A stretch of 18,135 bases of DNA, from the UHGV virus genome UHGV-0175528. One strand, 5' to 3'. The first letter of the stretch is position 1; each line of letters opens with the position of its first letter. Made by a program: the position numbers and the translations under genes. Under the pieces are notes generated by a model. The model searched no databases. It was not told the DNA's origin and saw nothing but the letters and a program-made list of their open reading frames with translations. This document shows positions 7,523 through 14,392 of this stretch, in pieces. The stretch is from a virus.

Positions 7523-7888
7523 TTATTGCGCTAGTTCTTTTTCGGCAGCAGCTTTTGCATATTCACATGCAAAATTCAGAATTTCGCTACCGAGTGTTTT
7601 TATTTCGTTATTACTGGACATATGTAATACCTGTGTTGCATGCAATAAATGATAAACATTTACCGCAAATGAGTCCGGCTCCAGACAAATGCCTTCATAA
7701 TCATCTTGCTGTGAGGTTGTTTCTGTCATTGCTCCTGAAGTGCATGCGAGCCTGTTTTTGACAATTCTCTTTCCTCTAATCACTATATCGGCTACATCTA
7801 TTGCCTTTACAACCTCCGGGAGAAATTCCTGGTTTGTATAATCAAAGTTATCAACATGGAGAACAGTTATGTTTTCGAACTTTTTCAT
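7523..7888 (-). CDS. Hypothetical prophage protein (121 aa)
   Basis: Complete ORF in the leftward operon; no recognised motif. Confidence 0.5.
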   Translation of the reverse strand: MKKFENITVLHVDNFDYTNQEFLPEVVKAIDVADIVIRGKRIVKNRLACTSGAMTETTSQQDDYEGICLEPDSFAVNVYHLLHATQVLHMSSNNEIKTLGSEILNFACEYAKAAAEKELAQ

Positions 7889-8069
7889 GGCTTCCTCAGC
7901 TGACTTATATGTTCTGCTATATAGCGAGTCTCAGAAGTGTTTTCATATTGAGACTGTTTCCTCAATGATTGATAATTAGTTACCGGATGCTTATCCGTGT
8001 CCGGCGCACGACCACACGTAGCCGCGTGTTGGTCTCCATTTACAATTCAGCTCTCAATGGAGGATAAAA

Positions 8070-8296
8070 TGATTAACGAAGAGCAACTTGAAAAAGAAAT
8101 TTCAGCGCTCAAAAAAGAATTAATGTGGCACAAAGTCGCTATCTCTGCATTAATTCGTCAGGTGGTTTCACCTGAAGATAAAGTAAATTTTATGAAGCAC
8201 TTCTCATGTTCATCAAATGAATTTTTTACTGACGGTCCTCATCCAGAGGCTGGTTTTTGGATCCGTCAACTATTTTCGCAAGATAAGCGTAAATAG
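8070..8296 (+). CDS. Hypothetical small protein (75 aa) on the opposite strand to its neighbours
   Basis: GGAGG SD 6 nt upstream of ATG 8070 (MINEEQLEKEISALKKEL...); a strong hairpin lies 14 nt past its stop. Confidence 0.5.
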
Positions 8297-8468
8297 TGTC
8301 GTCAATGTTCGCATCGCTCTTGAATTTAAGAGCGATGCTCTTAATATCCTCTGAAATTATTGCCAGATTACCGTATGTTATATTTTTATTATTGCGCTCA
8401 GCGCTTTTTTGTATGCAATCAAGCAATTCACCAATGAGACATATGTGGTAAGCATCACAGTTTTTCAT
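8226..8468 (-). CDS. Hypothetical small protein (80 aa), possibly coupled to the upstream HTH gene; overlaps the 3' end of the + strand gene
   Basis: ATG 8466-8468 overlaps the TGA of the HTH gene (ATGA). However, the 11-bp hairpin at 8311-8338 lies inside this ORF, so it may be spurious. Confidence 0.35.
   Translation of the reverse strand: MKNCDAYHICLIGELLDCIQKSAERNNKNITYGNLAIISEDIKSIALKFKSDANIDDTIYAYLAKIVDGSKNQPLDEDRQ
8311..8338 (+). terminator. Strong hairpin (11-bp perfect stem, 6-nt loop) downstream of the 8070-8296 gene; probable terminator or RNA structure
   Basis: GCATCGCTCTT-GAATTT-AAGAGCGATGC, followed by TCTTAATAT. Confidence 0.45.
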
Positions 8469-8926
8469 GCGCAAGTATCCCCACCTGTTGGTTTACCGGT
8501 TAACAGCCACATCGGATCGCAGCCAAGAACATTTGCCAGTGGGATAAGCATACTGATAGTTGGTTCATACTCTCCGCTTTCCCACTGGATGATGATTTCT
8601 TCATCGAGATCGAGCAGCCTGGCGAGTTCGGCGGTTGTTAAGCCGCAGGCTTCGCGTTGGGTGCGAAGGTTAACCAGCCAGCTTTCAGGGAAGGATTGTT
8701 TTTGTTGTGCAGGAGAAGCCGCAGATAGAGCATATTCATGGATAAATTCCATTACTTCAATGCCCAGTTCCTTTGAGCGAGCACAATCCAGAAGATGGAA
8801 TGTGCGTACAGCACTTAGCAAATTTGCAATATTTAATGCAAAGGAATCAAGTTCTAAGCCCTTAAGCGTAACACAGCCGCAGTTGATAAAATTGGTTGTT
8901 TCTGGGGTTGCTTTTAGTGTTTTCAT
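8465..8926 (-). CDS. XRE-family helix-turn-helix protein (C-terminal HTH, about 90-aa N-terminal domain of unknown function), first gene of the leftward pL-like transcript
   Basis: C-terminal LTTAELARLLDLDEEIIIQWESGEYEPTISMLIPLANVLGCDPMWLLTG is a typical HTH_XRE. Sits directly downstream of a consensus-like sigma-70 promoter. Confidence 0.7.
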   Translation of the reverse strand: MKTLKATPETTNFINCGCVTLKGLELDSFALNIANLLSAVRTFHLLDCARSKELGIEVMEFIHEYALSAASPAQQKQSFPESWLVNLRTQREACGLTTAELARLLDLDEEIIIQWESGEYEPTISMLIPLANVLGCDPMWLLTGKPTGGDTCA

Positions 8927-8978
8927 ATATCCGCCAACAATTTTAAATTGAACATAATCAAGTTATAATTGATGGTGC

Positions 8979-9007
8979 GATATTATGCTTTGAGAAATAG
9001 GCTGTCA
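8979..9007 (-). promoter_or_regulatory. pL-like sigma-70 promoter driving the leftward operon
   Basis: Minus strand reads TTGACA (plus 9002-9007), 17-nt spacer, TAATAT (plus 8979-8984); nearby ATCAAG/TTGAT motifs resemble those in the cI-cro intergenic region. Confidence 0.5.
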
Positions 9008-9035
9008 AGAAAAAATTGATATCGTGCGTTTTAGG

Positions 9036-9061
9036 CAGAAAAAAAACGGGCAAAGCCCGTT
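9036..9061 (-). terminator. Intrinsic terminator downstream of the repressor gene
   Basis: Minus strand reads ACGGGC-TTT-GCCCGT followed by a run of about 8 T (plus-strand A-run 9038-9045). Confidence 0.7.
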
Positions 9062-9072
9062 AAAATCAAAGA

Positions 9073-9762
9073 CTAACCAAATCTGTTTATATTGAATGGT
9101 ACTGATGAGATCACTTTAGACTGGATATAAAGCAGAGCTAACCCCTCTTTTTCGATGCTCCATGGTTGATAATTGGGGTTATCAGATAACACCATGATTT
9201 TGCTTCCAATTTTCTGAAGTCTTTTCACGTAGCATTCTCCATCAAAACAAAATGCATAAATGCCATCGCCATCAAAATAAGTTACTGTCTTATCAAGAAA
9301 AAGAAGGTCGCCAGGTGAGATTGTGGGAGCCATACTGTCTCCTCTGGCGTTACCTATTTCTATATTTTTGAATGCCCGATTTCCAACAAGGCGTCGGGCA
9401 TATTCAGGATCAAGTTCTATTGAGCGCACTACATCTATCAAGTCACCACGTACATGAGTTCCATCACCGCAACTAAACTCAACATCAAGGACATTAAACA
9501 CGACGCTATCTGTTCTTGTCTGGTGTTTCTCTTGCGAGGAAAAGGTTGGTGAGGAGTCTTCACCTAAGAACCAGGATTGTGGATAACCGCTAATCTCTGA
9601 TAAATGCGCGAGCTTATCACTCCGTGGAAATGTTTTTCCTGTTGTCCAGTACTGCACTGATTGCGCACTCACACCTAACTTGCGGGCCAGTTGAGCCTGA
9701 GTCCATCCTTTGGCTTTCAGCATTGCGGCTATTCGATTTTCCGTGTTTTTGACGTTCTTCAT
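9073..9762 (-). CDS. cI: CI-like phage repressor (N-terminal HTH, C-terminal S24 LexA-type autopeptidase)
   Basis: HTH region WTQAQLARKLGVSAQSVQYW; S24 nucleophile motif GDSMAPTISPGDLLFLDK and Lys in CYVKRL. ATG at 9760-9762 has an AGGA SD; the track start at 9768 is a TTG. Confidence 0.9.
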   Translation of the reverse strand: MKNVKNTENRIAAMLKAKGWTQAQLARKLGVSAQSVQYWTTGKTFPRSDKLAHLSEISGYPQSWFLGEDSSPTFSSQEKHQTRTDSVVFNVLDVEFSCGDGTHVRGDLIDVVRSIELDPEYARRLVGNRAFKNIEIGNARGDSMAPTISPGDLLFLDKTVTYFDGDGIYAFCFDGECYVKRLQKIGSKIMVLSDNPNYQPWSIEKEGLALLYIQSKVISSVPFNINRFG

Positions 9763-9895
9763 GACCAAATCCTGTGGGTTTCTTTACAAGGATAAATCTT
9801 TATTTGATTTTAGTGTATTCGATCCTTTTGCAACTTGCATGTTAATTTAAACTTGATGTATTCTTGATTCATAAAGTTAATATTGGTGCTTTGTT
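9763..9895. promoter_or_regulatory. Divergent cI/cro control region (OR-like operators with pRM/pR-type promoters)
   Basis: 133-bp AT-rich spacer between divergent repressor and Cro-like genes. Repeated CTTGAT / ATCAAG-type half-sites (AACTTGATG, TTCTTGATTCAT, GCAACTTGCATG) are shared with the pL region. Confidence 0.6.
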
Positions 9896-10168
9896 ATGAA
9901 AGAAAGTGATTACGACAAACTTCGTGCATTAATTGCGCAAAATGCTGTAGCGCGAAATCTTGGTGTGACGCCGCAAGCGGTGAATCAGTGGTTTTCAAAA
10001 AACACAATTCCTGCTCGTTTCGTTTTACGCGTATGTGAAGTAGTTGCATGGAAAGTCACGCCACATGGCTTAAGGCCAGATCTTTATCCTCATCCTGAAG
10101 ATGGAATTCCTGATTCGTTACGCAAAATTTCAAATCCAAGCTTAGCGCACACAGAGGATGAGAAGTGA
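9896..10168 (+). CDS. cro: Cro-like / YdaS-family small HTH regulator
   Basis: Divergent from cI; LGVTPQAVNQWFSKNTIPARFVLRVCEV is typical of the Cro/YdaS family; 90 aa. Confidence 0.75.
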   Translation: MKESDYDKLRALIAQNAVARNLGVTPQAVNQWFSKNTIPARFVLRVCEVVAWKVTPHGLRPDLYPHPEDGIPDSLRKISNPSLAHTEDEK

Positions 10169-10208
10169 TGGTGGTGATATGAGCGAAAAAATAACTATTA
10201 AATACGAT

Positions 10209-10231
10209 GGGGCAACCATTTCGATTGCCCC
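10209..10231 (-). terminator. Hairpin between convergent cro and the minus-strand 97-aa gene; possible terminator
   Basis: GGGGCAA-9 nt-TTGCCCC perfect 7-bp stem, 7 nt past the minus-gene stop; followed on the minus strand by a T-rich stretch (ATCGTATTTAATAGTTATTTTTT). Confidence 0.4.
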
Positions 10232-10238
10232 AATCACA

Positions 10239-10532
10239 TTAGCGTTCGCTGAGAAGTTGTTGGTAAGCCTTAAAGGATGCGAACTGCATTCTACCTTCGG
10301 CATTGATTCCAATGTCTTCGCTTGTACACCAGGCGATGAACTCGGCTGTATCCGCTTCAACTTTAATAACTCGTTGCCCGCTTCTTTCGACACGCTTAAT
10401 CAATTTTTCAGCGTCGTGTTTCCACTCGGTGTAACTGTCGGAGAGCACATCAGCATCAGTAAAAATATTTTTGAGCTCATGATACTGAATCGCATCGCGA
10501 AACCAGAATAAACCAACGGCCTGAACTTTCAT
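10239..10532 (-). CDS. Hypothetical protein (97 aa) transcribed antisense to the early-right operon
   Basis: Very good SD (AAAGGAGG, 6 nt) before ATG 10530-10532. The overlapping + strand ORF 10158-10511 has a poorer initiation context. Confidence 0.5.
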   Translation of the reverse strand: MKVQAVGLFWFRDAIQYHELKNIFTDADVLSDSYTEWKHDAEKLIKRVERSGQRVIKVEADTAEFIAWCTSEDIGINAEGRMQFASFKAYQQLLSER

Positions 10533-10651
10533 GTCGAACCTCCTTTGGTTCTTTTGTTTATAGGGATCAAAAGGATAACTGAAGGAAGGTTCGGCACCAA
10601 TAAGTACGAATGTGCGGAATCTTAAAAGAATTTATCCGTAAGGAGATGGCG

Positions 10652-11359
10652 ATGAGCACTGCAATTTTTAACGGCAAAGCATCCATGACCAGCCTTGAAA
10701 TCGCAGAGCTGGTGGGTAAGCGTCATGACAATGTGAAACGAACTATTGAAACATTGGCCAAAGGTGGCGTTGTTCGGTCTCCTCAAATTGAGGTTTCCGA
10801 AAGAATCAATAACTTAGGTTTTAAAGTTCAATATGAGCATTACCTGTTTGAAGGAGAACAAGGTAAGCGCGACAGTATCATTGTCGTCGCTCAGCTTTGC
10901 CCCGAATTCACAGCCCGCCTGGTAGATCGCTGGCGCGAACTGGAAGAACAGATCCGTAAGCCAATGAGCGAAATCGAAATGGTTGCCGCAATGGCCCTTG
11001 AAGCCGTTCGCCAACAGAAACGGATCACTCAGGTGGAAGAAAAAGTCAGCCACGTTGCTGAAACAGTCGAGCAAATCAAAAAGGGCACTATTCGTGAGGG
11101 CTATGCCGGATATCGCCAACTGAAAGCGAAAACCGGTTTGTCAGATGATAAATGCCGCAATCTGGTGAACGCTTATCAAATTCCTACAGATACCCACGAG
11201 TTTATGACGCCGGACGGATTGTTATCACGTCGCGCAATTGTTGCTGTAGAACCGTTTATGGCTGCTTTTTATCGGGTTACGGAGGAAGCAGAACCGCGAG
11301 GGACTCGCTGGTATCACCCGAAAATAGGGTTATTTCAGGTTATTGGTTGGCAGCGGTGA
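10652..11359 (+). CDS. Rha-family phage regulatory protein (antirepressor-like), N-terminal Rha domain plus C-terminal domain
   Basis: MSTAIFNGKASMTSLEIAELVGKRHDNVKRTIETL matches the Rha (Phage_pRha) N-terminal signature; AGGAG SD 6 nt upstream of ATG 10652. Confidence 0.75.
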   Translation: MSTAIFNGKASMTSLEIAELVGKRHDNVKRTIETLAKGGVVRSPQIEVSERINNLGFKVQYEHYLFEGEQGKRDSIIVVAQLCPEFTARLVDRWRELEEQIRKPMSEIEMVAAMALEAVRQQKRITQVEEKVSHVAETVEQIKKGTIREGYAGYRQLKAKTGLSDDKCRNLVNAYQIPTDTHEFMTPDGLLSRRAIVAVEPFMAAFYRVTEEAEPRGTRWYHPKIGLFQVIGWQR

Positions 11360-11385
11360 AAAAAAAGCCGGGTAGTCACCCGGCT
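11359..11385 (-). terminator. Strong intrinsic terminator oriented for minus-strand transcription
   Basis: Minus strand reads GCCGGGT-GACT-ACCCGGC followed by 9 T (plus-strand A-run 11359-11367, stem arms 11368-11374 and 11379-11385). Confidence 0.65.
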
Positions 11386-11450
11386 CGCTCAACGTTAGTA
11401 AAGACAACTTCACAGAGAAGTAAGCCAGTAACATCCAAGAACATTTGCCT
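11362..11450 (-). ncRNA. Candidate small antisense RNA (about 90 nt, oop-like) with its own promoter and terminator
   Basis: Minus-strand promoter TTGAAA (plus 11480-11485), 18-nt spacer, extended -10 TGgTATTTT (plus 11456-11464); transcript would end at the 11359-11385 terminator. No ORF of meaningful length. Confidence 0.3.
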
Positions 11451-11775
11451 TAGTAAAAATACCAGTAAGCATATGAATGTTTCAAGCCTAAATATTGATT
11501 CTGCAATTTCGGGACGTTACACTGTTCTGGCACCTTATAAAGCGGGTGCCGGGATTGGAACCCCGGAATTGTCAGCGGCGACAAACGACGCGCCAGCGTC
11601 TTTTTTGTTGTCAGCGCCTGCGCACACCCAAATTATGGTGGGCTGGGCAGGGGAGCCGAAAGGCTCGCCGGTTCCCGTTGACGCCGGTAGTTCCAACCCT
11701 GTTCAGTCCGCCACCAGCGAGCTTGGAACCTCCGGTGGTGGATATTATCACCCACTGTCAACGGAGGCTGCCATC

Positions 11776-12138
11776 ATGGCTACTGTCCCAACTTCTCCAT
11801 ACCTGAAAATCGAAGTCGTCAACGGCAAAGCTGTTATTTTCTCCTTGCATGTTGCCTGTCATTTCAAGCGCATGCACCAGAACATCGTCGACAAAATCGA
11901 GTATCTGAACTGCTCACGCGAGTTTTTTACCCGCAATTTCATACCGGGTACTTATCACATCTATGGTGATTCTCTGCATGGTTATTACATCACCCTTGAT
12001 GGGCTGATGATGCTTCAGCTTGGGCTAAGTCTGCGCACAATGCGGTACTACGAGAGCTGCATTGAAGCATTCCATGAGGCAGAAAACAGCCTCAGTCATA
12101 CCGCTTTCCGCCGTAATCAATGGGAGGCGCGTCCATGA
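11776..12138 (+). CDS. Short Rha-domain protein (120 aa)
   Basis: GGAGG SD 7 nt upstream of ATG 11776; MATVPTSPYLKIEVVNGKAVIFSLHVACHFKRMHQNIVDKIEYL...FFTRNF...YITLDGLMMLQLG follows the Rha-domain pattern. The track ORF extends upstream to 11152, but that part overlaps the previous gene and a GC-rich segment. Confidence 0.65.
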   Translation: MATVPTSPYLKIEVVNGKAVIFSLHVACHFKRMHQNIVDKIEYLNCSREFFTRNFIPGTYHIYGDSLHGYYITLDGLMMLQLGLSLRTMRYYESCIEAFHEAENSLSHTAFRRNQWEARP

Positions 12139-12329
12139 TTAGTTACGAAATTATTATTTCCACAACGGAATACAGAAACGATGTATCAGTTCGCACAGAT
12201 ACATCTGTCTGGCACCGCCGCTATAAATCCAGAAAAACGGCGGAACGCAAAGCGGCAGAGATGTGTGAAACCATCTCAATGAAAGGTAGCCCGGTTAAAT
12301 ACGTAACTACGGCGGAGGTGCGTCCATGA
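12135..12329 (+). CDS. Hypothetical small protein (64 aa)
   Basis: GGGAGG SD 7 nt upstream of ATG 12135; ATGA overlap with the upstream stop. Confidence 0.5.
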   Translation: MISYEIIISTTEYRNDVSVRTDTSVWHRRYKSRKTAERKAAEMCETISMKGSPVKYVTTAEVRP

Positions 12330-12550
12330 TTCGTCGCGTTGTGAATTCTCTGTATCACCGATACAACCGTTGCCCCCGTGTGGGGCAGTGGTTCACCACC
12401 AGCAATGGTCACGTTTTGCGGGTTTGTCTGGTCAGTATCGAAAGCCAGAAAGTTGTGTGTGAATTACTGGGGCGTAACTACACCATCAGTTACCCTCTGG
12501 CGGTGTTTCAGTCCGGAAAAATGTTTAAACGCCTGGGAGGTGCCGTGTGA
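12326..12550 (+). CDS. Hypothetical small protein (74 aa)
   Basis: GGAGG SD 7 nt upstream of ATG 12326; ATGA overlap with the upstream stop; initiation context nearly identical to the previous gene's. Confidence 0.55.
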   Translation: MIRRVVNSLYHRYNRCPRVGQWFTTSNGHVLRVCLVSIESQKVVCELLGRNYTISYPLAVFQSGKMFKRLGGAV

Positions 12551-13503
12551 GTAGCAAAATTCTCGGTAACGTCTGGGATGCATGTGCCGCGTATGGAGTC
12601 AAAGGTGCAAAGCTGATGATCATGGCGCGTCTGGCTGATTATTCGAATGATGACGGGGTGTGTTATCCCGGTGTTGAAACAATATGCCGACAGCTTGGGT
12701 TGGGAGAAAGCACAGTAAGAACGGCAATTTCAGAGCTGGAGGCTGATGGCTGGCTGACGCGTCAGTCACGTCGCAAAGGTAATCGTAATACGTCCAATCT
12801 TTATCATCTGAATGCTGATCGGCTTGAGCAGCTTGCCAGAACGGAGCGGGATAAGGTCGCTGAACTGAAACAGCAACGCAGACTTTCAGTATTACGTGAC
12901 CCGTCAGAATCTGAACCTTCAAAATCTGACCCGTCAGAATCTGAACCTTCAAAATTTGACCCGTCAGAATCTGAATGTTCAGGTGTGTTTGACCCTTCAG
13001 ATTCTGGCAAAAAAACGGTTTTGACCCTTCAGAATCTGGACCCAGATCCACAAGGTTTAAAACATGATCCGCAAGTAAATTCAAAACATGATCCGCAAGA
13101 TATTGGCGCATCCGCTGACGCGTCTGCACCAGCGCGCTCTGCCCGACAGGAATATTCACCGGAATTTGAACAGGCCTGGCAGGAATATCCCAAACGTGCT
13201 GGTGGTAATTCCAAGTCGGCAGCCTTCAAAGCCTGGAAAGCCCGTCTCAGGGAGGGAATAAAACCGGAGACCATGCTTGATGGTGTGAGACGTTATGCCG
13301 CCTGGGTACGTGCTACAGGAAATACCGGCACACAGTTCGTGAAGCAGGCTGCGACGTTCTTTGGACCCGATCGTCACTTCGAAGACTTCTGGCAACAGCC
13401 AGCCGCTCCCGGAGGTGGGCGACAGCGACAGGTCGATGTCCTGGCTGGCCTGGGAGCCATGTCTGACAAATTCGGTAAATCCAGTGACAAATTGACATTC
13501 TGA
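12547..13503 (+). CDS. Phage replication initiator (O-like; N-terminal winged-helix/HTH DNA-binding domain, repeat-rich linker, C-terminal domain)
   Basis: GTG start coupled to the upstream stop, with a GGGAGG SD. N-terminal GVCYPGVETICRQLGLGESTVRTAISELEADGWLTR is typical of HTH replication initiators. Iteron repeats lie inside the gene, and it sits upstream of DnaC-like and DnaB-like genes. Confidence 0.8.
   Translation: MSSKILGNVWDACAAYGVKGAKLMIMARLADYSNDDGVCYPGVETICRQLGLGESTVRTAISELEADGWLTRQSRRKGNRNTSNLYHLNADRLEQLARTERDKVAELKQQRRLSVLRDPSESEPSKSDPSESEPSKFDPSESECSGVFDPSDSGKKTVLTLQNLDPDPQGLKHDPQVNSKHDPQDIGASADASAPARSARQEYSPEFEQAWQEYPKRAGGNSKSAAFKAWKARLREGIKPETMLDGVRRYAAWVRATGNTGTQFVKQAATFFGPDRHFEDFWQQPAAPGGGRQRQVDVLAGLGAMSDKFGKSSDKLTF
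12897..13039. repeat. Iteron array (five copies of TGACCC[G/T]TCAGA[A/T]TCTG, about 30-33 bp period) inside the initiator gene; probable origin of replication
   Basis: Copies start at 12897, 12927, 12957, 12990 and 13022; followed by two copies of AAACATGATCCGCAAG (13059-13100). In frame they encode DPSESEPSK-type repeats. Confidence 0.65.
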
Positions 13504-13513
13504 GGTGACAGCG

Positions 13514-14392
13514 ATGATGACGTTTAACCTGCGTGAACAACAAAAAAGACTACAGGCGCGAATGGATGAGTTACGGGCAGAGATTGCATTTGCTCAGAAG
13601 GGCGAAAAGCCATGGCCTTATCGTTCCTGCCTGATGCGTGAAGGTCGCGGATATTGCGAAAAACACGGTAAATACCATACGCATATACTGGTGTGGAGCG
13701 ATCGTAATGGCGAGGACAGAGAAAAAATTTCATGCTGCCCTGACTGCTTGATCGCTGAGGCTAACGATTTGACCATGGAATTGTCGTCCATCAAGGCGGA
13801 AGAGCTGACTGATAACGCCGGAATTGCCCTGCGTTTTCGGGACTGCGAGTTTGATAATTATCTGGAGGTTAATCCTGACGCAGCCAGAAATCTTGCAGCC
13901 TGTCGCCGCTATGCGGAGAACTGGCCAGATATGCTGGAGAACGGCACCAGTCTTGTTATGACTGGCAGTTGCGGTACTGGGAAAAATCATCTGGCGGTAT
14001 CAATGGCAAAACACATCATCCGTAACTATCTGGCCAGTGTGGAGATCACCGACGTGATGCGTCTTACCCGTGCTGTGAAAAACTGCTGGCGGAATGGCAG
14101 CGAAAAAACAGCGGATGAAGTTATTGAGCATTATGCGTCAATGGATTTGCTGATCATCGACGAAGTTGGTGTTCAGTTTGGCAGCGCGGCTGAAATGGCT
14201 ATTTTGCAGGAAATTATCAATGCCCGGTACGAAAGTATTCTGCCCACCATCCTGATTAGCAACCTTTCACCGGATGAGTTGTGGGCGTTCATCAGCCCCC
14301 GCATTGCCGACAGGATCACAGACGGGGGGCGCAACTGGTTGTCGTTCAACTGGCCCAGCTACCGTTCTCGTATCAGAGGTGTGGCTGCATGA
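13514..14392 (+). CDS. DnaC-like AAA+ helicase loader (IstB/DnaC family) with an N-terminal Cys-rich segment
   Basis: Walker A GSCGTGKNHLAVSMAK and Walker B LLIIDEVG; GAGGTGA SD before ATG 13514. Confidence 0.85.
   Translation: MMTFNLREQQKRLQARMDELRAEIAFAQKGEKPWPYRSCLMREGRGYCEKHGKYHTHILVWSDRNGEDREKISCCPDCLIAEANDLTMELSSIKAEELTDNAGIALRFRDCEFDNYLEVNPDAARNLAACRRYAENWPDMLENGTSLVMTGSCGTGKNHLAVSMAKHIIRNYLASVEITDVMRLTRAVKNCWRNGSEKTADEVIEHYASMDLLIIDEVGVQFGSAAEMAILQEIINARYESILPTILISNLSPDELWAFISPRIADRITDGGRNWLSFNWPSYRSRIRGVAA

Noticed and set aside
10158-10511. 117-aa + strand ORF downstream of cro
   Set aside because: It overlaps the minus-strand 97-aa ORF, which has a much better SD and a downstream hairpin. 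I annotated the minus-strand gene and flagged the ambiguity.
11152-11775. Upstream 208 codons of the 328-aa track ORF, and the overlapping 103-aa ORF 11495-11806
   Set aside because: This stretch overlaps the first Rha gene in another frame, runs through a GC-rich low-complexity segment, and has a GGAGG-ATG start at 11776 that coincides with the beginning of the Rha domain. I take 11776 as the start and treat the rest as non-coding or RNA.
12897-13039. Possible CRISPR array
   Set aside because: The repeats are directly adjacent with no unique spacers, are degenerate, and lie in frame inside a protein-coding gene; they behave as iterons, not CRISPR repeats.
12620-13395. Minus-strand ORFs (68-179 aa) within the replication initiator gene
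   Set aside because: Products are low-complexity translations of the iteron repeats read antisense; they lie entirely inside a well-supported + strand gene.
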